From a virus (Duplodnaviria; Heunggongvirae; Uroviricota; Caudoviricetes): 46,881 bases of DNA. Under the pieces are notes generated by a model, which had not been told where the DNA came from, ran no database searches, and worked only from the letters and a program-made list of their open reading frames with translations. Of this stretch, positions 6,508 through 13,244 are shown piece after piece. The DNA is taken from IMG/VR virus record IMGVR_UViG_3300018065_000012; one strand, 5' to 3'. The position numbers and the translations under genes were made by a program. Position 1 is the first letter of the stretch. The number at the start of each line of letters is the position of its first letter.

Positions 6508-6932
6508 TTACAGTGACGTGTAATGGCTGTTTTGACGGGTTGCATCCCGGCCACTTGTTTTATCTTGGTTATTGTCGAGCGCAAGGTGACCGTTTGGTCG
6601 TTGGGATCAATTCCGATGAATACATAGCCAACAAGAAAAGAACAAAGCCGTATTTTGATGCTAAGCAACGTAAAGAAGTATTGCTGGCGCTCAACATTGC
6701 TGAAGATGTAATTGTGTTTGATGAACCGAATCCAAACGAATTCATCCGTAAGGTTCATCCGCAAGTGCATTGTACGGGTGAAGAATACGGCTATGAATGT
6801 GCTGAGTCAGTAATTTGTAATGAGCTTGGAATCAAATTGGTATTGGTTCCAAGAACGGCAATATGGTCAACGGGAAGTTTACCGTTGATTGGAATGAAAT
6901 GGGTTGCTGATTTTATGAATAGCGGAAAATGA
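6504..6932 (+). CDS. Nucleotidyltransferase of the HldE/RfaE domain II type (heptose-1-phosphate adenylyltransferase-like or cytidylyltransferase)
   Basis: VTCNGCFDGLHPGHLFYL is the HxGH nucleotidyltransferase signature as in RfaE/HldE and TagD. ATGA overlap with the upstream gene. Confidence 0.7.
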   Translation: MITVTCNGCFDGLHPGHLFYLGYCRAQGDRLVVGINSDEYIANKKRTKPYFDAKQRKEVLLALNIAEDVIVFDEPNPNEFIRKVHPQVHCTGEEYGYECAESVICNELGIKLVLVPRTAIWSTGSLPLIGMKWVADFMNSGK

Positions 6933-6946
6933 ACGTGGAGGGGAAA

Positions 6947-7306
6947 ATGGGCAAAAACTCGCAAGATAAAGGTGATTTGAGCAAGGTTATGATCATAGGT
7001 GCCTTGATGAAGAAAGACAAAAAGGTACTTGATACAATTGGAGAAAATCACAGATTTGATCTTGCGTTTTATGAAGAAGGGACAAGATGTTTCAAAACGG
7101 TTCAATGCAAAACAGGACAGTACAAAAACGGTTGCGTGATTTTTCCTACTTGTAGTGTTGTCAAGAATTCCAAAACTGGAAAACACGAAAGAAGGACTTA
7201 TAAAGGTCAAGTGGACTTTTTTTGGAGTGTATTGTCAAAAGAAAGAAAAGTGTTATCTTGTCCCGGAGAAAATTGCCGGTCAATCTTACACGTACTTAAG
7301 AGTTGA
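6947..7306 (+). CDS. hypothetical protein
   Basis: ATG 6947 with GGAGGGG SD (ORF-track frame from 6929); ends at 7306. Confidence 0.45.
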   Translation: MGKNSQDKGDLSKVMIIGALMKKDKKVLDTIGENHRFDLAFYEEGTRCFKTVQCKTGQYKNGCVIFPTCSVVKNSKTGKHERRTYKGQVDFFWSVLSKERKVLSCPGENCRSILHVLKS

Positions 7307-7363
7307 AAAACCAAAAGTCAAATGCAACAGGATAAACCGAGCTGAAGATTATGAATTATAATC

Positions 7364-7455
7364 GGGGGGATGGCTGAGCGGCTTAAAGCGCACGGTTGCT
7401 AACCGTGTGGGCGTTAGTAGCGTCTCGTGGGTTCGAATCCCACTCCCCCCGCCAT
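7364..7455 (+). tRNA. tRNA-Ser(GCU), class II
   Basis: Acceptor GGGGGGA/TCCCCCC, anticodon stem CACGG/CCGTG loop UUGCUAA, long variable arm, T-arm GTGGG-TTCGAAT-CCCAC, G73, CCA. Confidence 0.8.
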
Positions 7456-7460
7456 TCAAG

Positions 7461-7521
7461 GAGGGCTAAACCAGTGAGGTGTTAAAGCCTCCGCAGGTTC
7501 GAATCCTGTCCCCTCCGCCAC
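7461..7521 (+). pseudogene. 61-nt tRNA-like mini-element (acceptor helix, T-arm and CCA, but no D-arm)
   Basis: GGAGGG(C)...GCAGG-TTCGAAT-CCTGT-CCCCTCC-G-CCA. Interior has a GAGG-UGUUAAAG-CCUC hairpin. Too short for a tRNA. Confidence 0.3.
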
Positions 7522-7542
7522 TTTCAAAGAAAGGAGACAAGT

Positions 7543-7698
7543 GTGTCAGATGCCAAAAAGTCTCGCAAACTGGAACGCATCAAAAGGCGCATGGAAAACG
7601 TCGTTGACGACTGCGAATCGCTTTTGAAGATTTGCAATGGCGACTTGCGCATGAAAGAATTGCGGGACAAAGCACTTGAGTTTTACAAGCTTATTTAA
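7543..7698 (+). CDS. small helical hypothetical protein (51 aa)
   Basis: GTG start 5-6 nt after AAAGGAGA. ...SRKLERIKRRMENVVDDCESLLKICNGDLRMKELRDKALEFYKLI*. The stop abuts tRNA-Ser(UGA). Confidence 0.35.
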   Translation: MSDAKKSRKLERIKRRMENVVDDCESLLKICNGDLRMKELRDKALEFYKLI

Positions 7699-7789
7699 GG
7701 AAGGTTGGCAGAGTGGTTGAATGCGCTGGTTTTGAAAACCAGTGGGCGTCAAAAACGTCTCATGGGTTCGAATCCCATACCTTCCTCCA
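7699..7789 (+). tRNA. tRNA-Ser(UGA), class II
   Basis: Acceptor GGAAGGT/ACCTTCC, anticodon stem CTGGT/ACCAG loop UUUGAAA, long variable arm, T-arm ATGGG-TTCGAAT-CCCAT, U73, CCA. Anchored to ORF-track TTG 7705. Confidence 0.8.
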
Positions 7790-7803
7790 TATATGAAATT
7801 GAT

Positions 7804-7944
7804 ATGAGACAAAACTTGACTTTGACTGACCGGATTTGTATTGTTGTCTTTGTATCGTTGATGATTCTGATGCAACCATTATGGGTTGCGTTGAGAATTC
7901 TTCAATGGTTGATCCGGTTTTGGAAACCTGACTTTCATTGGTAA
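7804..7944 (+). CDS. small hydrophobic protein (46 aa, single TM helix)
   Basis: MRQNLTLTDRICIVVFVSLMILMQPLWVALRILQWLIRFWKPDFHW; in frame with ORF-track entry 7705-7944, starting after the tRNA. Confidence 0.4.
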   Translation: MRQNLTLTDRICIVVFVSLMILMQPLWVALRILQWLIRFWKPDFHW

Positions 7945-7947
7945 TGT

Positions 7948-8024
7948 GTGCCCGTGGCTCAAATGGATAGAGCACCTGACTACGGATCAGGAGGTTGTAG
8001 GTTCGAGTCCTACCGGGCATGCCA
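7948..8024 (+). tRNA. tRNA-Arg(ACG)
   Basis: Acceptor GTGCCCG/CGGGCAT, D GCTC/GAGC, anticodon stem CCTGA/TCAGG loop CUACGGA, T-arm GTAGG-TTCGAGT-CCTAC, G73, CCA. Confidence 0.8.
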
Positions 8025-8041
8025 ACTCAAAGGAATTGCAA

Positions 8042-8122
8042 ATGAAATTCTTTGATGGAACATGGGGATGTTTGATTTGGATTGTTTTGATAGGCGGTTT
8101 ACTGGTTTACTACTTGGCCTGA
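8042..8122 (+). CDS. tiny hydrophobic ORF (26 aa)
   Basis: AAAGGAA SD then ATG. MKFFDGTWGCLIWIVLIGGLLVYYLA*. Confidence 0.25.
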   Translation: MKFFDGTWGCLIWIVLIGGLLVYYLA

Positions 8123-8134
8123 TTGGAATTCTAT

Positions 8135-8211
8135 GGTGAGAGTAGCTCAGATGGTAGAGCGTCTGGTTGTGGTCCAGAAAGTCGCGGGTTCAAGTCCCGT
8201 CTCTCACCCCA
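8135..8211 (+). tRNA. tRNA-His(GUG) with genomically encoded G-1
   Basis: G-1 pairs with C73. Acceptor GTGAGAG/CTCTCAC, D GCTC/GAGC, anticodon stem TCTGG/CCAGA loop UUGUGGU, T-arm GCGGG-TTCAAGT-CCCGT, CCA. Confidence 0.8.
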
Positions 8212-8232
8212 ATATCAACGAAAGGATGAAAT

Positions 8233-8430
8233 TTGAAATGGATAATCTTAATCCTGTTCATGTATATGATAATTGCTATGATATTTTTTCTGCATGAATG
8301 TTCTAAAATACAAAAGCATGTTCCGCCAAAACGTCTTCGACACTGTTCGGTTTACAGGACGCTTCAATGGTTTGAAGCAATTGTTCGAAGCGTTTTATGG
8401 CCGGTTGTGTTGATATTGAATATCTTTTAG
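8233..8430 (+). CDS. hypothetical small membrane protein (65 aa, TTG start)
   Basis: ORF-track frame. Strongly hydrophobic N-terminus (WIILILFMYMIIAMIFFL). Confidence 0.3.
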   Translation: MKWIILILFMYMIIAMIFFLHECSKIQKHVPPKRLRHCSVYRTLQWFEAIVRSVLWPVVLILNIF

Positions 8431-8520
8431 GAAGGGTGGCTGAGCGGCTTAAGGCACTGGTTTCGAAAACCAGCGGACGCCAAAAGCGTCCCGTGGGTTC
8501 AAATCCCATCCCTTCCTCCA
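8430..8520 (+). tRNA. tRNA-Ser(CGA), class II
   Basis: Acceptor GGAAGGG/CCCTTCC, anticodon stem CTGGT/ACCAG loop UUCGAAA, long variable arm, T-arm GTGGG-TTCAAAT-CCCAT, U73, CCA. Confidence 0.8.
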
Positions 8521-8536
8521 TTGTAGGGAACAATCG

Positions 8537-8683
8537 ATGTTCGCTTGGTTTAAGAAATTGTTTTGTAAGAAAGAGGAAGCGCCAGAAGTAGTGGGCTTGA
8601 AAAAGTTTGAGCATCACGCTGAAATCACACTTGAATATAGCGATGGCAAAAGGGTAACACTTTGCGTTCGCAAAGGAGAATAA
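8537..8683 (+). CDS. small hypothetical protein (48 aa)
   Basis: ATG 8537. MFAWFKKLFCKKEEAPEVVGLKKFEHHAEITLEYSDGKRVTLCVRKGE*. Confidence 0.35.
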   Translation: MFAWFKKLFCKKEEAPEVVGLKKFEHHAEITLEYSDGKRVTLCVRKGE

Positions 8684-8758
8684 TCATGGATCATTCAGTT
8701 ACTTCCCGGAGCGGCGAAAGCACGATGGGGCGCAGGCCGCGTGAACCGGGAGGGATTT

Positions 8759-9016
8759 ATGAATCCAGAACGTCGGAGAAAAGGGTTGCTGAAGGTTTGG
8801 AAACTGATGCGGATTTGGCGTAATTATCATGATGGCGATAAAGAATACGCCAATGATGGGTTGATTGCGCAAGGGCATGAGAAAAACCGGAAGCCGTGCT
8901 CTTGTATGATGTGTTGCAATCGTCGCCGTTCAGGTTTTAGTAAGGGAAAAGAAAAGCTTACAAGACAGGAGCGAAAATCAGAAAACAGTTTCAAGGATCA
9001 ACTGGATGAATTGTAG
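8759..9016 (+). CDS. hypothetical basic protein with a Cys cluster (85 aa)
   Basis: ATG 8759 after GGGAGGG (ORF-track frame from 8741). CSCMMCC motif. An alternative out-of-frame 45-aa ORF at 8686-8823 with AAAGGAG SD overlaps it. Confidence 0.45.
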   Translation: MNPERRRKGLLKVWKLMRIWRNYHDGDKEYANDGLIAQGHEKNRKPCSCMMCCNRRRSGFSKGKEKLTRQERKSENSFKDQLDEL

Positions 9017-9104
9017 AGGGGTGTGGTAATTGGTAGCCAGCTGGTTTGGAACACCAGTGTGCCCTAATAAGGCATTGCGGGTTCAAATCCCGTCCCCTCT
9101 GCCA
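9015..9104 (+). tRNA. tRNA-Ser(GGA), class II
   Basis: Acceptor AGAGGGG/CCCCTCT, D TGGT/GCCA, anticodon stem CTGGT/ACCAG loop UUGGAAC, long variable arm, T-arm GCGGG-TTCAAAT-CCCGT, G73, CCA. Confidence 0.75.
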
Positions 9105-9118
9105 CTTTTGAACGATGC

Positions 9119-9194
9119 TGAGGGATAGCTCAATTGGTAGAGCACTTGGCTCTGGTCCAAGCGGTTGCAGGTTCGAATCCTGTTCCCTCTGCCA
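9119..9194 (+). tRNA. tRNA-Gln(CUG) (U1/U72 unpaired, G73)
   Basis: Acceptor TGAGGGA/TCCCTCT, D GCTC/GAGC, anticodon stem CTTGG/CCAAG loop CUCUGGU, T-arm GCAGG-TTCGAAT-CCTGT. Confidence 0.75.
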
Positions 9195-9199
9195 TTTTA

Positions 9200-9274
9200 T
9201 GGCCCGTAGTATAATTGGCAATACACAAGGTTTTGGTCCTTGTATTCCACGTTCGAGTCGTGGCGGGCCAGCCA
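9200..9274 (+). tRNA. tRNA-Gln(UUG) (U1-A72, G73)
   Basis: Acceptor TGGCCCG/CGGGCCA, D GTAT/ATAC, anticodon stem CAAGG/CCTTG loop UUUUGGU, T-arm CCACG-TTCGAGT-CGTGG, CCA. Confidence 0.8.
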
Positions 9275-9276
9275 AC

Positions 9277-9354
9277 GGGACGGTAGCTCAATTTGGTTAG
9301 AGCATCTGCCTTTTAAGCAGGAGGTTGTGGGTTCGAGTCCCACCCGTCTCACCA
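9277..9354 (+). tRNA. tRNA-Lys(UUU)
   Basis: Acceptor GGGACGG/CCGTCTC, D GCTC/GAGC, anticodon stem TCTGC/GCAGG loop CUUUUAA, T-arm GTGGG-TTCGAGT-CCCAC, A73, CCA. Anchored to ORF-track TTG 9325. Confidence 0.8.
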
Positions 9355-9372
9355 ATCTTGAAAGGAGGAACA

Positions 9373-10317
9373 TTGAAGTTTTTTGTAACAGGCGTCTATG
9401 GATTCATCGGCAGTTGCTTTGCAAGAATGTTGATTGAAGAAACTAATCACACGGTTGTTGGTTTTGGCCGGAACACTGATCAAAGAAATAAAGGCCGAAT
9501 CAAAAGCATTATCAGCAGTGAACGTTTCAACCTTATCAATGGCGACCTTGCTGGGGATATAAGTGGATTGCTTGAAGGCGTTGACGTTGTAGTTCATTTT
9601 GCGGCAAAGACTTTTGTGGACCATTCAGTGAAAGACCCTGAACCGTTTGTCCGCAGCAATATTATTGGCAGTTATCAACTTTTGGAACAAGCACGGATTT
9701 ACAAGCCCAAACGCTTCATTCACATTTCAACGGATGAAGTGTATGGCGCGTGTTTAGAAGGGTCTTACAGTGAGGATTCTCCGCTGAATCCGACAAATCC
9801 ATATTCAGCGACAAAAGCAGCTGCGGACGTTTTGGCAACAGGCTACTTTCATACGTACGGGGTGAACGTTATTATCACTCGCACTGAAAACAATGTTGGT
9901 CCGTTCCAGCACCCGCAAAAGGTTCTCCCGACGTTTGTAAGGAAAGCATTGGCTGGTGAGTTGTTGCCGGTTTACGGGGATGGAAAGCACGTAAGACAAT
10001 GGCTTCACGTAAAAGACCATTGCTATGCCGTTTTGCTTTTGATTGAAAAAGGACAGATTGGAGACATTTATCATATTGCTGGCTCAAAGGAATTGCAAAA
10101 CATCGAGTTGGCAAAAATGGTTTTGAAAATCTTGAAAAAGCCGGAAGACGCTTTTGAGTTTATTCCGGACAATGAGATTCGGCCCAATCATGACCGGCGT
10201 TATGCGATTGATTCATCCAAGCTTCGAGCGTTGGGTTGGGAACCAAAGTTTGATCGTGATGAAACCATTCGCAAAACGGTTGAATGGTACGTTAAAAATC
10301 AAAACTGGTTGGTGTAA
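9373..10317 (+). CDS. NDP-sugar 4,6-dehydratase (dTDP-glucose 4,6-dehydratase/RfbB-like, extended SDR)
   Basis: KFFVTGVYGFIGS Rossmann motif, YSATKAAAD (YxxxK), VRQWLHVKDHC. Start chosen at TTG 9373 after AAAGGAGG. The ORF-track frame (9325) opens inside tRNA-Lys. Confidence 0.75.
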   Translation: MKFFVTGVYGFIGSCFARMLIEETNHTVVGFGRNTDQRNKGRIKSIISSERFNLINGDLAGDISGLLEGVDVVVHFAAKTFVDHSVKDPEPFVRSNIIGSYQLLEQARIYKPKRFIHISTDEVYGACLEGSYSEDSPLNPTNPYSATKAAADVLATGYFHTYGVNVIITRTENNVGPFQHPQKVLPTFVRKALAGELLPVYGDGKHVRQWLHVKDHCYAVLLLIEKGQIGDIYHIAGSKELQNIELAKMVLKILKKPEDAFEFIPDNEIRPNHDRRYAIDSSKLRALGWEPKFDRDETIRKTVEWYVKNQNWLV

Positions 10318-10322
10318 ATTAT

Positions 10323-10399
10323 GGACGTATAGCTCAGTTGGTTAGAGCACTCGCCTGATAAGTGAGAGGCCGCTGGTTCGAATCCAGCTACGTCCACCA
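10323..10399 (+). tRNA. tRNA-Ile(GAU)
   Basis: Acceptor GGACGTA/TACGTCC, D GCTC/GAGC, anticodon stem CTCGC/GTGAG loop CUGAUAA, T-arm GCTGG-TTCGAAT-CCAGC, A73, CCA. Confidence 0.8.
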
Positions 10400-10603
10400 A
10401 CTTTATTTGCTCTCATAGGAAGGTCAGGACACCACTGCTGAAGGTAGGAGACAATTGTCGCTCGCACTACTGAGGGTGCAACACAAATAGGCTCCGTTTG
10501 GACTGGGTGAGCAGCAGGAAGGAGCGGGTTGTGGCAAAGATGAATGACAGATTGGAAAACAAAATCCTGCCTACTGTAGAATCTGTCGATGAGAGCATTT
10601 TGT

Positions 10604-10681
10604 GGGTGCGTAGCAAACATTGGTTTTGCAGCGGACTCTTAATCCGTCTTAATGTGGGTTCGATTCCCACCGCACCTACCA
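10604..10681 (+). tRNA. tRNA-Lys(CUU)
   Basis: Acceptor GGGTGCG/CGCACCT, D GCAA/TTGC, anticodon stem GCGGA/TCCGT loop CUCUUAA, T-arm GTGGG-TTCGATT-CCCAC, A73, CCA. Anchored to ORF-track 10498 frame. Confidence 0.75.
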
Positions 10682-10686
10682 ACTTT

Positions 10687-10762
10687 GCTCCCGTAGCTCA
10701 GCTGGACAGAGCGGGACTTTCCTAAAGTTCAGGTCGCAGGTTCGAATCCTGCCGGGAGTACC
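10687..10762 (+). tRNA. tRNA-Arg(CCU)
   Basis: Acceptor GCTCCCG/CGGGAGT, D GCTC/GAGC, anticodon stem GGACT/AGTTC loop UUCCUAA, T-arm GCAGG-TTCGAAT-CCTGC, A73, CCA. Confidence 0.8.
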
Positions 10763-10765
10763 AAA

Positions 10766-11188
10766 ATGATGATTGAAGAAAAACATAAAGACCTTTTTAC
10801 AGTGAGTGATGATTATCACCTTGCTCATTGTATCGCTACTGACATGAGAATGGGCGCTGGAATTGCGTTGCCAATGCAAAAGAAATTTAGATTGAGGGCG
10901 AAAATAAGAAACAGCAACGAATCCATATTGAGTCCAACTTGTATTTTGACTGGTCGCGTTTTCAATTTGATTACAAAACGGCGCAGCAGCGGAAAGCCGA
11001 CCTATCAATCGCTTCAAGCAAGCTTAGTAAAGATGCGTGAAATCATAGAACAAAAAGGCGTTACAAAACTTGCAATGCCAAAAATTGGTTGTGGCCTTGA
11101 TCGTCTTAATTGGGCCGTTGTGCGTCAAATGCTTGAAGATATTTTTTATGGTTTGGAGATCGAAATACTGGTTTGCGTTTGGAAATGA
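10766..11188 (+). CDS. Macro domain protein (ADP-ribose binding or processing)
   Basis: HLAHCIATDMRMGAGIA ... VTKLAMPKIGCGLDRLNW match conserved macro-domain motifs. Confidence 0.6.
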   Translation: MMIEEKHKDLFTVSDDYHLAHCIATDMRMGAGIALPMQKKFRLRAKIRNSNESILSPTCILTGRVFNLITKRRSSGKPTYQSLQASLVKMREIIEQKGVTKLAMPKIGCGLDRLNWAVVRQMLEDIFYGLEIEILVCVWK

Positions 11189-11191
11189 AAT

Positions 11192-11267
11192 GGGGGATTA
11201 GCTCAGTTGGGAGAGCGTTTGACTGGCAGTCAAAAGGTCACGAGTTCGAGTCTCGTATCCTCCACCA
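11192..11267 (+). tRNA. tRNA-Ala(GGC) with G3-U70
   Basis: Acceptor GGGGGAT/ATCCTCC, D GCTC/GAGC, anticodon stem TTTGA/TCAAA loop CUGGCAG, T-arm ACGAG-TTCGAGT-CTCGT, A73, CCA. Confidence 0.8.
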
Positions 11268-11272
11268 CTTGT

Positions 11273-11349
11273 GCTCCCGTAGCTCAAATGGATAGAGTCC
11301 CTGTCTTCTAAACAGGATGTTGCAGGTTCGAGTCCTGCCGGGAGTGCCA
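11273..11349 (+). tRNA. tRNA-Arg(UCU)
   Basis: Acceptor GCTCCCG/CGGGAGT, D GCTC/GAGT, anticodon stem CCTGT/ACAGG loop CUUCUAA, T-arm GCAGG-TTCGAGT-CCTGC, G73, CCA. Confidence 0.8.
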
Positions 11350-11363
11350 ACTTGGAGAACAAA

Positions 11364-11555
11364 ATGGAATTCAGATGGTGGCCGTGCAGGTTGGCAAATG
11401 ATTTTTGTGAGTTGTTGAAAATTCCCGCATATGTTTTAGCATTGCCACTGAAACTGATTGAACATTATCAAGAGACGATTTGGAAAAATTACGCAACTCA
11501 ATCTGACCGGGCGTATACGACAACGGAAATTTCAGATGAAGATTTGGCGGTGTAG
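11364..11555 (+). CDS. hypothetical protein (63 aa)
   Basis: ATG 11364 (ORF-track TTG 11352). The stop lies inside the first 10 nt of the next tRNA. Confidence 0.4.
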   Translation: MEFRWWPCRLANDFCELLKIPAYVLALPLKLIEHYQETIWKNYATQSDRAYTTTEISDEDLAV

Positions 11556-11623
11556 CTCAGTCTGGACAGAGCATCGGATTCATACCCCGAAGGCCACTGG
11601 TTCGATTCCAGTCACCGCTACCA
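11546..11623 (+). tRNA. tRNA-Met(CAU) (initiator-like anticodon stem ...CCCGA; could be Ile2/k2C type)
   Basis: Acceptor GGCGGTG/CACCGCT, D GCTC/GAGC, anticodon stem TCGGA/CCCGA (A31/C39 mismatch) loop UUCAUAC, T-arm ACTGG-TTCGATT-CCAGT, A73, CCA. Confidence 0.7.
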
Positions 11624-11628
11624 ATTTT

Positions 11629-11716
11629 GGGCGAGTGGAGGAATTGGTATACTCGCGGGATTTAAAATCCCGTGGACTAATAGTCCATGAGGGTTCGAGT
11701 CCCTCCTCGCCTACCA
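11629..11716 (+). tRNA. tRNA-Leu(UAA), class II
   Basis: Acceptor GGGCGAG/CTCGCCT, 3-bp D-stem GAG/CTC, anticodon stem CGGGA/TCCCG loop UUUAAAA, variable arm TGGACTAATAGTCCAT, T-arm GAGGG-TTCGAGT-CCCTC, A73, CCA. Anchored to ORF-track ATG 11687. Confidence 0.8.
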
Positions 11717-11734
11717 CTTGACAGGAGAATTTCA

Positions 11735-12289
11735 ATGCCCAACGAGTATTTGTTTGAGTGCCGCGTTCCGAAACATTACTTTGTAACGTCTGGAGCAGGC
11801 CAAATAACGCAGGATGCGGGAGCTGATCATTATGAAACAGGTTCCTATGATTTGGCTTTGCTGGATGCTTCAATTGAGAACTTCAACGTTGTGAAGTATA
11901 CCAGTGTAGTCCCTAAAAATGCGGAAGAAATCCCTTTGGATGAAGCCAAAAAGTATTTCCGTCACGGCGCGGTGCTTGAATGCATCATGGCTCAAATGAA
12001 CGGCCCGCAAGGTGAACATCTTTGCGCTGGCGTAGGAAGATGCAAATGCAAAGTCAATGGAAGCTACATCGGTGGCTTTGCGGCTGAGTATGAAGGCAAT
12101 GCTTCGACAGAGAAAGCAGAAAAAATCCTTGAAAAAGATTTACAAGGCATTGTTGACAGGCGCTATGGAAAAAGTGGTGAAATGTTTGATCTTGAGTTCA
12201 CAATAAGAGATTTGGTTGTTGACGACGAATACGGCACTGTTTTGGCCGCTATTTGCTTTATCACGTACGAATTTCCGGTGATAGGATAG
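11735..12289 (+). CDS. Pyruvoyl-dependent arginine decarboxylase (PdaD)-like
   Basis: Recalled similarity to archaeal PdaD: VPKHYFVTSGAGQ (cf. NTVSLVAGSSEG), ALLDASIENFNVVKYTSVVP (cf. ALLNAGIGNVNLIRISSIMP, Ser-Ser self-cleavage region), AAEYEGNASTEKAEKIL (cf. IMEYEGKCSKKEAEK). ATG 11735 with GGAGA SD; the ORF-track frame begins inside the tRNA. Confidence 0.5.
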   Translation: MPNEYLFECRVPKHYFVTSGAGQITQDAGADHYETGSYDLALLDASIENFNVVKYTSVVPKNAEEIPLDEAKKYFRHGAVLECIMAQMNGPQGEHLCAGVGRCKCKVNGSYIGGFAAEYEGNASTEKAEKILEKDLQGIVDRRYGKSGEMFDLEFTIRDLVVDDEYGTVLAAICFITYEFPVIG

Positions 12290-12294
12290 AATGT

Positions 12295-12381
12295 GGCAGC
12301 GTGGTGAAATTGGTATACACGCGTGATTCAAAATCACGTCCGGGCAACCGGGTGAGGGTTCGAGTCCCTCCGCTGCTACCA
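12295..12381 (+). tRNA. tRNA-Leu(CAA), class II
   Basis: Acceptor GGCAGCG/CGCTGCT, anticodon stem CGTGA/TCACG loop UUCAAAA, variable arm TCCGGGCAACCGGGT, T-arm GAGGG-TTCGAGT-CCCTC, A73, CCA. Confidence 0.8.
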
Positions 12382-12388
12382 AACTAAA

Positions 12389-12595
12389 ATGAAAGACAAA
12401 AGCGTAATCCCAGAAGGCATTTATTGTCACGGCGTAAATGGCGTCTGCCCATATTGGTCCTCAAGGGAGGACAAACCAGAGCAGGAAAATGGATACTGTT
12501 CTTTTCTTGAAATGGGCGATTGGAACGATGAGCCTTTGACCCTTTTGTGGGATCAAGTGAAAGAATGCGGAATAAATGATGATTGGCCAACATAG
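12389..12595 (+). CDS. hypothetical protein (68 aa, Cys/Trp-containing)
   Basis: ATG 7 nt after the tRNA CCA. The stop lies inside the next tRNA. Confidence 0.45.
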   Translation: MKDKSVIPEGIYCHGVNGVCPYWSSREDKPEQENGYCSFLEMGDWNDEPLTLLWDQVKECGINDDWPT

Positions 12596-12661
12596 CTCAA
12601 TTGGCAGAGCAGGGCACTTGTAATGCTCAGGTTGTGGGTTCGAATCCCTCTGTTGGCTCCA
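12586..12661 (+). tRNA. tRNA-Thr(UGU)
   Basis: Acceptor GCCAACA/TGTTGGC, D GCTC-AATTGGCA-GAGC, anticodon stem GGGCA/TGCTC loop CUUGUAA, variable AGGTT, T-arm GTGGG-TTCGAAT-CCCTC, U73, CCA. Confidence 0.8.
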
Positions 12662-12677
12662 CTTCAAAGGGGAAATT

Positions 12678-13073
12678 ATGATTTGGATTTTTCTTATTGT
12701 TGCCGTTTATATTTTCATTGATGTTTGTATCCGACAACGCCCAAAAAAGGTTGATATATACAAGCAACATTTGATAGCAGACAGGGAACAAGCAGAAGAC
12801 ATTTCGAGAAAACGAGAAGCCATTTGGGAAAGGTCAAAGGAAAAGAGAGAAAAATACGAGAAGGAAATCAAAACACAACAAAAAATTGGGAGAAATCTTT
12901 TCAAGGCGTTTGAGCTGATTGGTTGGTTTCGAGACGAACATAACAGACGATGGATTACGCCTTGCGGTGTTTTAGAAGACGTTGAGATTTATTTTTCTAC
13001 GAAACTTTATGTTCATACAGCGATTTACCTTTTGAAGAAGAAAAACTTGTTTGCTGCCGTGGCTCAGTGGTAG
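12678..13073 (+). CDS. membrane protein (N-terminal TM helix, charged coiled C-terminal part)
   Basis: MIWIFLIVAVYIFIDVCI followed by a K/E/R-rich region. The last 21 nt overlap tRNA-Thr(GGU). Confidence 0.5.
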   Translation: MIWIFLIVAVYIFIDVCIRQRPKKVDIYKQHLIADREQAEDISRKREAIWERSKEKREKYEKEIKTQQKIGRNLFKAFELIGWFRDEHNRRWITPCGVLEDVEIYFSTKLYVHTAIYLLKKKNLFAAVAQW

Positions 13074-13127
13074 AGCACGTCCTTGGTAAGGACGAGGTCA
13101 TGGGTTCGAGTCCCATCGGCAGCTCCA
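13053..13127 (+). tRNA. tRNA-Thr(GGU)
   Basis: Acceptor GCTGCCG/CGGCAGC, D GCTC/GAGC, anticodon stem CGTCC/GGACG loop UUGGUAA, T-arm ATGGG-TTCGAGT-CCCAT, U73, CCA. Confidence 0.8.
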
Positions 13128-13167
13128 AGCCTTTATCACCCCGCTATTTACGTTATGCAAATCATGG

Positions 13168-13244
13168 GCCACCTTAGCACAATTTGGCGGTGCGCTGCTT
13201 TCGTAAGGCAGAGGTTCCCGGTTCGAATCCGGGAGGTGGCTCCA
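13168..13244 (+). tRNA. tRNA-Thr(CGU)
   Basis: Acceptor GCCACCT/AGGTGGC, D GCAC/GTGC, anticodon stem CTGCT/GGCAG loop UUCGUAA, T-arm CCCGG-TTCGAAT-CCGGG, U73, CCA. Confidence 0.8.

Noticed and set aside
7155-7361. 68-aa ORF overlapping the 3' half of 6947-7306 in another frame
   Set aside because: The overlap of about 150 nt is out of frame with the longer gene and there is no RBS. It is probably spurious, though a programmed frameshift cannot be excluded from sequence alone.
3826-11873. Many 60-110-aa ORFs on both strands overlapping tRNA genes (3826-4014, 4112-4297, 4294-4563, 6069-6260, 6198-6380, 7546-7875, 7760-8020, 8303-8617, 8991-9275, 9115-9300, 10342-10620, 10467-10682, 11580-11873)
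   Set aside because: Their sequence is dominated by tRNA stems (SGSSP and GSNP-type peptides from TTCGAGTCC). They are a well-known artefact; the tRNAs are the real features.
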